Position numbers and translations under genes: made by a program
Assembly (NCBI RefSeq): GCF_018350175.1
Contig: NC_058368.1
Location: forward strand, 173,478,001-173,542,000
DNA from: Felis catus
Taxonomy: Eukaryota
Length of the DNA stretch: 64,000 nucleotides
Direction of reading: 5' to 3'
Notes under the pieces: model-generated
What the model saw: only the letters and a program-made list of their open reading frames with translations
Told to the model about the DNA's origin: nothing
Databases searched by the model: none
In this document: positions 24,401 to 35,027 of the stretch, in pieces
Layout of the letters: each line of letters begins with the position of its first letter
Position numbering within the stretch: position 1 is the stretch's first letter

Positions 24401-26686
24401 AAAGTCTCAAACTCTAACATGTCCAGAGGCCAAACAAACAATAAAAATGAGAGAAGAGGGCCAACAGGTATAATAAAATAAAGAGTGGCAGACAATGGCA
24501 AACAGAGAGCTCCTATACCAGCAAAGGGGATAGCAGCAATGTAACCGCAGCCAAGACTATGGGTCCAGAGTTTATTAGAAGGGGAAATTTATATTTTTAT
24601 ATCAAATTTTCTCCTTTAAGTGTGTTGTAAACCTTGGCCTACGACCTGCCAGTTTGGTGTCTCTGGCCTCTGTTCCCCAACACTGGGTCCTTGCAGAACT
24701 AGGCATAATGGGGACCTACAGGGATCACGTAAACTAGCTTCCCCTCAGACAGGGGCCTCCTGGCTCTTTTCCCCGGGGCATGGGTGGAGGAATGGTCCCA
24801 GCACACACGGGGACTTATTCTTTCACACATCTGCCCAGCAGGAGCCTCATGCAGGTAGCCCAGGCTGGTGCTGGACTCACATATTCCTGAGCAAAGTCAA
24901 TGAGGTTCTGGAGGTCAATGTCGTCCCGATAGGCCTTAACATTGTTGTTGATGAAGAAATTGAGCTGGTCTCGAATCCAGTCCTTGAATACGAAGGCCAG
25001 AATCCCTGTTGCCAGTTCCAGGAAGAAGATGAGGCCGAGGAACACGGAGAACTGGGGTGGGGGACATACAGATTGTAGGGATCAGAGGTGCAGGGCCTGC
25101 GGGTGCCACGGGGCAGAGCTCCACCCCCACCCCAACCCAATAAAGTGGACAGTCCCACCTTTTCTCCCATTAACATTGTTTTATGATGGCGAAGGACAGC
25201 ACTGCTCTTATAATCCACTTATTCTGCTTCCTCTGGTAATCATCCTGTTTTCGTTGAAAAACCACCCTCCACATAGCCTTTAATTTAGTTCCTGTGGCTC
25301 AGGCAGAGCCATCTCCACCTCCTTCCCCATTCCCAGATAGAGGACATGGCCTGTGCGAGGAGCCCACCAATCAGAGCGCTACCTCTCCCAGGGCCACAGG
25401 GATTGGTCCAAAGACAGCCAATCTGGACCAAAGAGATGCAAAGAAGTGACTGCTTCTGATTCTTGATTTCTACTCAGGTCCTGCTCTCAGTCAGATGAAA
25501 CCCATCTCGGGCTCCTCAGGCTCCGCAATGACAGCAAGGAGCCTGCTTGGGATTCCTTCCTTCCTTCCATCTCTCCCTTCCTCCCTCTTTCTCTCTCTTT
25601 CTTCTTTCTCTCTCTCTCCCTCCGCCCCTCCTCCCCACCTCCACTCACACATGCGCACATGCCTGCACTCTCTCAAAATAAACTTAAAAAATTAAAAAAA
25701 AAAAAAAAAAAAAAAAGACTGGATGACTGGTTAGGAAGAGAGAGGTTCAGCCTCTAGTAGGGGTTCCCGGAGGGGCAGTATGAAGCTAGCCCCCTCCCAT
25801 TCGTGGGCATCCTTCCATCCCTTGGGGAATGGAGCCAACTGGAGGGACAGAGAAGAGAAACAGAGAGACCAGGCCAAGTGACATTGCGGTGGCCCCTAGA
25901 TCCAAATGTGCTGACACCCAGCACACCCCTGGGCTTTCCCTAGTGAGCCCATAAATACCCTTTCATGCTTAGGCCCCTGGGTTTCAGTCATAGCAGAAAG
26001 AATCCTATATAGATAATACAATTCTGACGATTACTGTTATAATAACGTAATAATAAAACTACCCATTATTAAGTACTAACTACATAGATGTGGGAGGAGG
26101 TTGGGGTCCCCAGTGGGCCTAGGTGAGGGTGTACTCACAAACTTGAGCAGGAAGGTGTTCTCCCGGAGGGCCCCGATGCAGCCAGCAAAGCCCAGTACTG
26201 ACATGACACCTCCAACCACTACAAACAGCCATACGGGGTCGAGGCCTCCCAGATCTGTCAGCGCTGAGATGTTAGAGAGAACGCCCTGTGCCAGGGGAGC
26301 AAAGGCAAGTGGTCGGCCCGATCCTCCCACCACCTCAACCCATGGCAGCCCCACGCCCTACTGCACCACCTTACCTTCTCACCCCAGGCCCAGAGGCCAA
26401 TGGCCAGGAACAGGGCTCCCAGCACCTGCAGAAGCAGCATCAAAGAGCTGAGGGTTGGAGCAGCATCCTTCCCCACCCGGACAGAGCCCCCTCCCCCCTA
26501 GTACTCAGGGTCTTCAGGAAGCCAGGAGGAGAGAGAGGAGGAGGGGTGGGTCCAGGGTCCTTTCTACCTTTCCAAGAATACATTCCAGTGTTTCTCCCCC
26601 ACAAAACACAGCCTGGAGGATGGAACCCACCTTAGTCCTTCCCAGAACTCAGAACTGGAGCAGAGGATGGCCAGGATACTCCTGCC

Positions 26687-26735
<49 letters not shown>

Positions 26736-29700
26736 TATGTCCTGAGCCTCTCCTCCCACCAGACCTGAGTTCTGAGCTCCTAGCCTCCTTTCTGCTCCTT
26801 CCCAATCTGGCCATTCCACTGCCCTCCAACTCTGTGATGGTTGCCCTACTCCATTTTCTGTTTTCATAGCTCATAAGCAAAGACCCCTGAATGACAAGGA
26901 ATCCCAATGTGAGCAGGATCCAGCTGAGGGACCCTGGTCTGGGCCGGTGGCTGTGCCCTTGAAAACTTCTGGCCACAGTTCTGCCTGGGCCTTCTAAGCA
27001 CAACCCACCATCCGGCCTCAGTTCCTTACTGGGAAGAGCCCTGGATGTCAAGGCTATCAACCTGAGACTGGGCAGCTCCCCGGATGTTCAATCTCACAGG
27101 AAGAGTGTCCCTCCTGCCCCAGCCAGCACAAGGCCGTGACCCCACCTCTTCAGACCTTCCCCACCCACCTGCTTTCATAGGCTCCTCCCCTTCCCCCCAC
27201 CAATTCCAGTCAATTCCACCATGATCACCCAGTTTAACACCTTCCTCTCTCTGACCCCAGACTCCTCCCACTGCTGTATTCTTCTCTGGAAATAGCTTTC
27301 CTTCCCCTCACCTCTATACTAGATCTGGAATGTGAAACCAAACATCACTTCTCCCGCCTCATCCCATTTGACCCACCCATGGCCTTTAGACAGGTGACTG
27401 ACTACTACTTTCTCCTTTCTGAACCCCTCCTTGGTTACCCAACACCAATCCTCTCTCTGCTCCTTCTCAGCCTCCCTCCCAGGATTCACTGCTTCACCTG
27501 CCCTATGCACATGGCCACCCACCCCACCCCCACCCCCAACCAGGTTTAACCTTCAGCCTTCTGCTTTCTTCCTCCTCCACACTTATTATCCACACCATCA
27601 GATGCTGACATCTCCCAGATCTCCACCCAAACCTCTCCCTGGCTCCAGACTCCTATGTCCCACTGCCTGCTGCAAACACCTCCAAGTCCCAGGCCCTGTT
27701 CCGTGTGCCGGGAATACATCAGAAAATAGAACAAATGAGCTCTCTGCCCTCATGGAGTTTACACTCCAGTGGGAGAAATCCACAGTGAGCAAACAAGGTA
27801 ATTTCAGATACCAACAGATCCTTTAAAGAAAACCAAACAGTGATGCAGTGGGGAGTGACTGGGGGTTGTGGAGGCATGCTTCAGTTAGGGAAAATGGGGA
27901 TATTTTAGCTGAGGTCTAAATAGCAAAAAAGTGTAGTGAGAAGGAAATTCCAGGTGGAGGGACTGGCAGAGGCCCAGAGGTAAGATCATGTTTGGTGGTG
28001 CGAGGGATAAACTGAAGGGCAGCAGGGCCAGACTCCAGAGAGTGCTGGAGGCCATGGGAGGAGTCTGGACTGTATTAATTGTGGGAAGGTTCTCAGCAGG
28101 GTAGCAACCAGGGTCTGCTTTCCTTTAAAACAAACAAACAAAAATCTTGGGGCCTATATGATAGGCACCTCCCTCCAGCCACCTTGACCCAAACCTGAAA
28201 CCCTCTTGGCCCTCCAAGCGTCCCAGTCCTGTCAATTCAGCCTCCTAACTTCCCCTGGAGCCTTCCTCACTTCCCACTCCCCAGCCCCTAGCTGTGCCCC
28301 AGCCCTCCTCCTAGGTCTCCCACTTCCAAGCCCCATGCCCCTCACCCACTCTCCCCATGCAGCCAGACAGATCTGCCTCTAGTACAAAAGCCAAAGCAGA
28401 CCCATTATCCAGCGCTGAAACCCTCACTGCTCTACACTGCCCTCAACATAAAATTCAAGCACCAGCCCAGCCTTTCCTGCTCTGGCTCCCCACCCCCACT
28501 CCCCTGCAAAAGTTGGTGTGCCTGCAAAGAGCCTGAGTTTCTCTTGCTTGTCCCCCTTGACATGGGGGGTTGGGGGGAGGGGGGGTGGGACTCACTATGC
28601 TCAATGCTCTGCCTCACCTCTACCCACTGCCCTCTTGGCTCTGTGCTTACTGGCCCTGTCGTTCTAGGTTAAATGACTTAACGTCTCTGTGCCTGTTCCC
28701 TCATCTATAAAATATAGATAATAAATAAAATAGCTGTGTGAATACAAGTTAGAGTTCATTTAATGGGCCTAACAACCCTGAGGGGCAGGCTTCATTACCC
28801 CCACTCCTAGGAAGGGAAGCTGAGGCCCAGAGAGAAGTGACTTGCCCAGTCTCAGAGCTCTGCTTGCTACACCCAGGCCTCCAGACTTCCCCACCAGTAC
28901 TCTCTGCACATTGCCCACACCCTGGAGAGCTGAGCATTGCTGGAACCAGAAGGCCCACCACACAGGGGCGACTGCATGGGCAGCACGTGGGTGGAGGGCG
29001 GTGCCAAAGTCTTGCTGAAAGAAACAGAATGGGCCCGGCATTTTGACACAAGGCAGCAGGAGCAGAGACTGCAGAGGCAGCAAGCAGCCTTGGAGACGGG
29101 ATGGGGGAGGGAGAAGGGAAGATGACTTGGCAGGGCCCTGGGGGCACAGATGCCACCCGGGGAGGGGCACTTGAAGCTCCCTTCTCTGGCAGGGGCAGCA
29201 ACTGCCTGCGAAACCTCGGTTTTGTCAGCTGTAGAATGTTTAATTCTGTTCCCCAGGGCCACCTCAGGACGTCTCAACAGGGCAGATCTCCTGCCCCCAG
29301 CAGAGGACTAGAGCTATTGCCCTCCCCCAGCCTGCAAGCCTCCTCACTGAGGAGCAAGACCCACACACCACCCCTTCCCCGCTCCCCCCCCCCCCAAAGG
29401 AGCTTAAGGCTGGGTGAGGGAATCCGGCCCTTCCCTTCGCGGAGACACTCCCCTCGGTGGGCTAAACAGGGGTGGAGTTCAGCGAACACCCCACACCCCA
29501 GAGTAGCAGTGAGGCTGGATGGGAGAATGGGCGACGGGGCACCAAGAGCATCCCTGGGACCCTTCCCCTTTCTCCACCTGGACTCTGGAAGATACCAGGA
29601 GACTCCACCCCCACATCCTACCCCGGCGGCGCCTGGGACCCGCCTCCAGCAATCCGGGACTCTCCGTAGTTCCCCGGAGTGGTCCTGGGAGTGGGCGTGG

Positions 29701-29957
29701 AGTGGGAAAAAGAGATGGGGGCTCGGGGGAGATGGGGGGGAAAGACCGCTCTCTGCCTTCAGGATTTGGGACCGTCCCCCTCCCTCCCCCCAGCCCCTGC
29801 AGCAGGGGCTTGGACCTCCTTCTCCCGCCACCTGAATTCAGCACGGGGCCCAAACCCACCCCGCTCTCACCCAGAAGACAATGTTGAAGCCAAACAGGAA
29901 GTATTTCCCGCAGCAGCCGACCTCGGGTTCCTGGAAGTGCTGGTGCTTGCCCGGCAT
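21392..29957 (-). CDS. TSPAN17: Tetraspanin-17 (TspanC8 subfamily), spliced CDS, 270 aa: join(29871..29957,26375..26425,26139..26285,24881..25051,22975..23100,22295..22342,21538..21654,21392..21457)
   Basis: Exons of 87+51+147+171+126+48+117+66 nt, all with GT-AG boundaries, join in frame to [25 protein letters not shown]...KAVKANW*. Four hydrophobic TM segments, CCG motif, 8 Cys in the large loop, and the TspanC8 motifs RDD and NIYF. Confidence 0.97.
21538..21654 (-). CDS. TSPAN17: TSPAN17 coding exon 7 ([13 protein letters not shown]...GIALLQ)
   Basis: 117 nt; last loop Cys and start of TM4; GT-AG boundaries. Confidence 0.96.
22295..22342 (-). CDS. TSPAN17: TSPAN17 coding exon 6 ([16 protein letters not shown])
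   Basis: 48 nt; NTQCGY motif; GT-AG boundaries. Confidence 0.95.
22975..23100 (-). CDS. TSPAN17: TSPAN17 coding exon 5 ([20 protein letters not shown]...VRDPA)
   Basis: 126 nt; CCG and NIYF motifs; TAG acceptor, GTGAGT donor. Confidence 0.97.
24881..25051 (-). CDS. TSPAN17: TSPAN17 coding exon 4 ([12 protein letters not shown]...IDFAQEY)
   Basis: 171 nt; TM3 and RDD motif; GT-AG boundaries. Confidence 0.97.
25495..25715 (+). mobile_element. 5'-truncated Can-SINE in TSPAN17 intron 3
   Basis: GGAGCCTGCTTGGGATTC, CT-rich tract, AAATAAAC plus poly(A). Confidence 0.8.
26139..26285 (-). CDS. TSPAN17: TSPAN17 coding exon 3 ([10 protein letters not shown]...RENTFLLKF)
   Basis: 147 nt; [12 protein letters not shown] tetraspanin signature; GT-AG boundaries. 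Confidence 0.97.
26375..26425 (-). CDS. TSPAN17: TSPAN17 coding exon 2 ([17 protein letters not shown])
   Basis: CAG|GTG acceptor, AAG|GTAAGG donor, 51 nt. Confidence 0.96.
26688..26735 (-). repeat. (CTG)16-type trinucleotide repeat in TSPAN17 intron 1
   Basis: Pure (AGC)16 on the plus strand. Confidence 0.97.
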
Positions 29958-30450
29958 GGTGAGCAGTCGCCCGCCGGCCTGGGACCGGAGCTGGGGCTGG
30001 CCCGGCCCTCCACGGGCCTCCCTGGGCTAGAGCCGCCCGGGGCCTAGCCCGGCGGCTGCGGCTTCATGGCCGCGGCCACACAGAGAGCCGGTCGGGTCCC
30101 GCCCGCCCCGCAGGGACCGCCCCCGGCGCCCCGACCGCCCAGCTCCCTGCCCGTTCAGTCCCCTCAAAGCCCCGCCGCCTCTAGGCCTGACTCCGCCTCC
30201 GTCCTACTCAGTGCCCTCGGAGCCCCGCCTCTAGGCCTGAGTCTGTGACCTCCGGGCTCCGCCCCAGGCAGGTTTCGCCCCAGGCAGGTTTCGCCCCAGG
30301 CAGGCCCCGCCCCTCTGCCCGACTCGGAACCCCGCCTCTAGGTCTGACTCCGCCCCGAGCGCCGGCAGCGTGCTCTAACCCCCCCCCCCCCCCCCCAGCG
30401 TCCTACGGACCTGAGAAGCTTGATGATGGCACCGCAAGTCGCAGGTACGA
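29850..30450 (-). promoter_or_regulatory. TSPAN17: TSPAN17 CpG-island promoter
   Basis: High CpG density, multiple GC boxes (CCCGCC), spans exon 1; boundaries approximate. Confidence 0.85.
29871..29957 (-). CDS. TSPAN17: TSPAN17 coding exon 1 ([29 protein letters not shown])
   Basis: ACCATG start inside a CpG island; donor TGG|GTGAGA. Confidence 0.96.
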
Positions 30451-30975
30451 AACACCCTCATTACTCCCACCCCACCAGGCACAGTACCAGCGCCACTTCG
30501 TACCCAGCCTTGCTGTTGGAACTCAGTCCTGGAGAAGAGTAACTGATGCTCTAATGAGCAGATGGGGATGGCGATATGGATCGTGTTTTTAAAACACGGG
30601 ACGTTTTATTACAGTGTAATCGAAGCAGACGCACTTTTCACTCAACGGAAATTAACTGCCTACACTGGCTCAAACTCAGGCCTGATGACATCTAGGTCTT
30701 GTGAGGGCCGCGGCCTCTGCTCCCCGACACTTCAGTTTTGCCAGGGGCATACACTCGACCCCCTGGCTCAATGACCCTCTGACATTGAAACCTCGCCGAC
30801 TCTTCCCATCTTACCCCTCTCCCCATACTAGATGGATCCCTGATTGGGCCCTGGGGGGGGGGGGGTCTCACACGAGCCCCTCAAGGCAGGACAGGAGATT
30901 AAGGTTTTGGGGGGGCCCAAATCTTACTCAATTTTAGAACCCTCAAAAATAAGTCTAATAATTCAGAAGTGAGTG

Positions 30976-30981
30976 TTTATT
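30976..30981 (-). terminator. EIF4E1B: Probable EIF4E1B polyadenylation signal AATAAA
   Basis: AATAAA about 850 nt after the stop, with a U-rich tract downstream (TTATTAGACTTATTTTT). Confidence 0.65.
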
Positions 30982-31773
30982 TGGAGCAGGAACAGAAAGG
31001 GGCTTAAACTTCATCACCTTCCAGTTAATCCATCTCAAACCTAACCACCACTGTCCTGTCTCCTGTCTCATCTATCTACCCGCCTCCATTCAGCCTGACT
31101 CTGAGGCAAGGCCCAGACAGCCCTGGCCACAGCTGAGGAAAGGGCAAGTAGACACACAGGGCTCTCAGTCCTTAGCTCACCACATGTCTGTGAGATAGTG
31201 GGGTTCTGCCTGTAAGCCTCCAACCCTTTTGATCTACAACCCCACTTCCGAGGCCCCACCCACGGCTGCTTGAGGGAAGGTACAGGATACTGGGGAGGCT
31301 CCAAGGCTATAAATCTGATGAAAGGCAATTCATAAAGGTTTAAAGTAGAGTGATTACAAAGAGGAAAGCCCATCCCCCTCCTGTCCTTGAGCTCCTGCTC
31401 TCAGAGTGTCAGTGGTCTTGGGCCTGCTCCCCCAAATCGGAAGAGTCAGGCCCTCAGGCCACCCAGCCTCTTTCTCAGGGGTGCAGAGAGAGTAAGTGCT
31501 GGATTGTAGGGTTCTCTTGCCATCTTTCCACCTTCATCTGAGCTCTCCTTTCCCCAGTGACTCACCCCCAGCCCACCCCCAGGTGAAACAAGGAAACTCA
31601 AGGCTTTCCTCCACCTGTTCTGCATCCTCAGGATGGCTCCCTGACCACAGATCTATGCCTAGGCCCCAACTCATGTTAAGCAATGTTCATATTCACTCCA
31701 GGACAAGTGAGAACCCGGTTCTCTACCCCCTAGTCCTACCCAGCATCAGCACTGTAGCCCAGCATCCCCTTAC

Positions 31774-31775
<2 letters not shown>

Positions 31776-31804
<29 letters not shown>
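31776..31804 (-). repeat. (TG)14 microsatellite in the EIF4E1B 3' UTR
   Basis: Read directly from the sequence. Confidence 0.95.
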
Positions 31805-31808
<4 letters not shown>

Positions 31809-31830
31809 GAGAGGCTCAGGAGCAGCTGAA

Positions 31831-31945
31831 TCACACCACAAACTTATTCTTGGCTAGGGAGTTGCTCTTGGTGGCAGTGTCTGCATGGGCCTGGTACCCA
31901 ATGACGATCTTCGTGGAGAGGCCCAGGCGCTCTTTGTACACACGC
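31831..31945 (-). CDS. EIF4E1B: EIF4E1B last coding exon (RVYKERLGLSTKIVIGYQAHADTATKSNSLAKNKFVV*)
   Basis: 115 nt ending in TGA. Confidence 0.96.
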
Positions 31946-34900
31946 CTGGGGGAGGAGTAGGAGAGGAAATTAAATAGTCAGCAGCAAGTCCTGGAGATCA
32001 CCTGGGACCCTGGGTCCTTTGCCCATACGTTCTACCCTAGTTCCAGCCACCATCACTCTTGTGACGTCTTACCCTTGTGGAAACCCAAAATATGACTCTT
32101 TACGCAAAAGAAAAGAGTCCTGCTGGAAACAGCTTGAAATCTGGATTCCAAACCCTCATATACATGGGTAAGGAAAAAGGAGGAGCTAACATGGAGAGTT
32201 CCAGAGGTCTCCCTCACAGGCCAAGCCACACCACCCTCAACTTCTCCCCTGGAAGAGACCCTGTGCCAGGGATATCACTCACCCAATGTGCAGCACACCC
32301 GCCTGGTTCTCTGCCTCCCTGGTCCACACAGCAATCTTGTCTCCCTTGGTTCGGATGTTGATGACAGCCCCACACACCTCCCGGCTGTGTTCCTCAAAGC
32401 TCTCCCCGATCAGACAGAGCAGCTGGGGCCAAAAGGAAGGATGGTGAGACCTCCACCTCAGTTACAGGGACTGCCCCACTATCCTTGATGGTGCCACCAC
32501 ACCAGCCAGCCTCTTCTCTTGGGGACCTCCCCCGCCTTCCCTCCCCTCCCAACCCCCACTCACGGTCTCCAGCCACAGGCGGTCCAGCTCACTGTGACGC
32601 TGCTGCTTGGCAAGACTGACCAGCCAGCGGCCACCCCTCTTATTCCTGCTATCTTCCCACATGGGCTCAATGCCATCCTAAGAGGTGGAATGACAAATCA
32701 ACTGCCTCCCTTTCTTCAAAGGGAAGTGGGGACCCAACCATCTTCCCAGGCGCTGCTCTGACCCCTAAATAAGCCTCAGTAGGCTAAGTTCCCTCTTGCT
32801 TCCATTCCCTCTGTATGGGCAGCTTCCACCATCAGCCACTTGACCCCCCAGACCCTTCTATGAGCTCCCACAATCCCCTGATCCTCAACACTGGTCATCT
32901 TTTGTAGCCTTGTCATATATATGTGTATGTTTGTCTCTTTTACTGAACTGAGCTCCTTGAGGCAGGAGGTCAAAAGGGGGAGGGTTGATTAAGGAAGCCT
33001 CTGGGGCTACCCTAGTGTGTGGAAGACCAGACAGCCCAGCCTGGGCACAGACCCCCTGGGGAAGTCTTTAAACACGGATGTCAGGGCCCCACAGCACACA
33101 CCTGCTAGGTCAGCACCTCCAGGAATGGGCCTAGACACTGATGAGGAGTGTCCTCGGGCAATTCTGATGCATATGCCTAGTTCAGGAGCCAGGTCAGAAA
33201 CCTGGGCTCCTTCCTGGTTCCCCCTTCTCCCCTCTCCCCTTCCAGACTCATAAATGTCCTATAAGTACAGCTCTAGTCTGACACTCTACCCAAGCTTCTG
33301 TATATAGCATTTCCTCAGATTGGAAGTCCCACCTTGGCTCTGAGGAAGGCTGTCTGTGGCACCCCACCCCCAAACTCTCCATGAGGGAGGAATGCAGAAG
33401 CTGAGCTGAGGAGAATCAGCCCTCCTGTGGCCTGAGGGGGCGGGTGGGCAGAGCTTACCTTGAACAGGGCGTAGTCACAGCCAGAAGAGAGCTTACTGGC
33501 CAGCTGGATGTGACTGTACATCCTGGAGAGAGCCCCCCACCCCGCCCCAATCCAGGCTGAAAGTCCAGACTTTTTAAGGCCTGGTTCCAACCTGCCTCAC
33601 CGCCCCAACTTCTTACCAGACCCCACTGTTTTCCACCCACCTTCAGGCCTCCAAGCCTTTGCTCACTCACCCTTCTCACCAACCCCTTGCCCCCTTCTAT
33701 CTCTACTTACCCAAACCGTCAAATCCCACCTTCTCCCTGGAGCCTTCCCTGACCATCCAAACCCCTCAGGAGGCTTTTAGATCCCCAGTGCCAGGGCAGG
33801 GGGTGTTTTGGGATTCACCCATGGACACTATCAAGCAGCCGAATCCTCACTTTGTGGCCGAGACCAGCTCAGAGAGGGGAAAGAACTTGTCCAGAGTCAC
33901 AAAGCCAAGGAGTGGCAGAGTCAGGGTCAACTCCTGGCTCCTCCCGCCTCTCAGACTCTCTTCCAGGTGTGCAGGATGGTTTGGTGTTGAGCTGGCTGTA
34001 TTTCATGGACGCAACACACACACACACACAAAAGCTCCCATGCTGTTCTGGCGTCTCCGCTCCTCCCCTGAGACTCTCTTCCCTAAGCCCCAAGAAGTTT
34101 TCAGGGGGGCGTAGATCCTAGTCTCAGTGACCCCCACCCCCAAGCAGAACCCACCAAGCCCCAGCCCTCAGCAAATGCTGAGAGGTTGCAGGGCGGGCTG
34201 CAAAGCGGCGTAGGAAACAGCTCCCTGGAGGGGTAGGGTCTAGGAAGGACCCCCCTGGCTCTGGCCTCCTCTACAAGCAACGGACACTCACGCCCAAAAG
34301 TCCTCCACGGTGTCAAACTTGGTGACCAGATGCAGGTTGTCCTGCCAGGCTCGGCTGCGGTCATTCTTGAAGAACCATAGAGCCCACCTGGGGATAGGAG
34401 AGGTCAGGAGGAAGCACGAGCCCCTCCCAGGCCCAGAACCTGCAGCAGGTGCTGGCAGGGAAGCCCCACCCCTTCAAGTATAAATAAGGAGATGGGCTTT
34501 AGGCACGGCCTCTGCACGGTGACTGAAGTCAGTGATCCTGAAAGGCTAGGACAGGATGGGGGAATTGAAGCCAGAATCTCTACTGGGTTAAGGCCAGAAG
34601 AACCAACAGGACCCAAGTCTTAGGCTAGCTCTGACCTTTCTTGGATGAGGGAGTGGGGGCAAGAGAGCAAGGCCGGGTGCAAGGCCACAAAGCCTGCCTT
34701 ACCTGTTCAGCAGCGGGTGCAACTCCAACTTGATCTCCTGGGGGCCCCCATCCTGGGCTTCCTTCCTCCTCTGGGACAGCTGATCCCCAGGGGGATTCAG
34801 AGCTCCCTCAGCCATCAGGACAGCCACTGCTGCCCCCTCTTTCTCTTCCTCTTTCTCCTCCTCTTTCTCCTCCTTCTCCTCCCAGTTTTGGATTCCACCC

Positions 34901-35027
34901 TCAGCCTCTCCAACCTGACCAAAGAAAAAAATCAGGGTGAACAGCAAGCTCCAGCCCAGCCACCCCAGCCCCGTCCCTTGCTACACGAGGGGCAGGAAGG
35001 TGGACTCACAGGGCTAGCAGTAGCCAT
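31831..35027 (-). CDS. EIF4E1B: eIF4E family member 1B, spliced CDS, 252 aa: join(35010..35027,34703..34914,34292..34387,33459..33522,32564..32677,32283..32422,31831..31945)
   Basis: Exons of 18+212+96+64+114+140+115 = 759 nt in frame. eIF4E core HPLLNRWALWFFK, VEDFW, PMWED. 1B-type residues WEDSR, GYQAHAD and KSNSLAKNKFVV. The first exon is inferred. Confidence 0.93.
32283..32422 (-). CDS. EIF4E1B: EIF4E1B exon (LLCLIGESFEEHSREVCGAVINIRTKGDKIAVWT...LHIG)
   Basis: 140 nt, GT-AG boundaries. Confidence 0.96.
32564..32677 (-). CDS. EIF4E1B: EIF4E1B exon (DGIEPMWEDSRNKRGGRW...RLWLET)
   Basis: 114 nt, cap-binding WED motif. Confidence 0.96.
33459..33522 (-). CDS. EIF4E1B: EIF4E1B exon (MYSHIQLASKLSSGCDYALFK)
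   Basis: 64 nt, GT-AG boundaries. Confidence 0.96.
34292..34387 (-). CDS. EIF4E1B: EIF4E1B exon (WALWFFKNDRSRAWQDNLHLVTKFDTVEDFWA)
   Basis: 96 nt, GT-AG boundaries, conserved eIF4E Trp residues. Confidence 0.96.
34703..34914 (-). CDS. EIF4E1B: EIF4E1B exon (VGEAEGGIQNWEEKEE...LELHPLLNR)
   Basis: TTTTTTCTTTGGTCAG| acceptor, AG|GTAAGG donor. Confidence 0.93.
35010..35027 (-). CDS. EIF4E1B: Candidate EIF4E1B start micro-exon (MATASP)
   Basis: ATGGCTACTGCTAGCCCT|GTGAGT, phase 0 matching the next exon; resembles EIF4E exon 1 (MATVEP). Confidence 0.6.

Noticed and set aside
26455..27060. Poly-Ala and poly-Cys ORFs
   Set aside because: Reading frames through the intronic CAG/CTG repeat.
29101..29835. 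244-aa ORF antisense to TSPAN17 intron 1
   Set aside because: Expected by chance in GC-rich DNA; Pro/Ser/Gly-rich with no domain.
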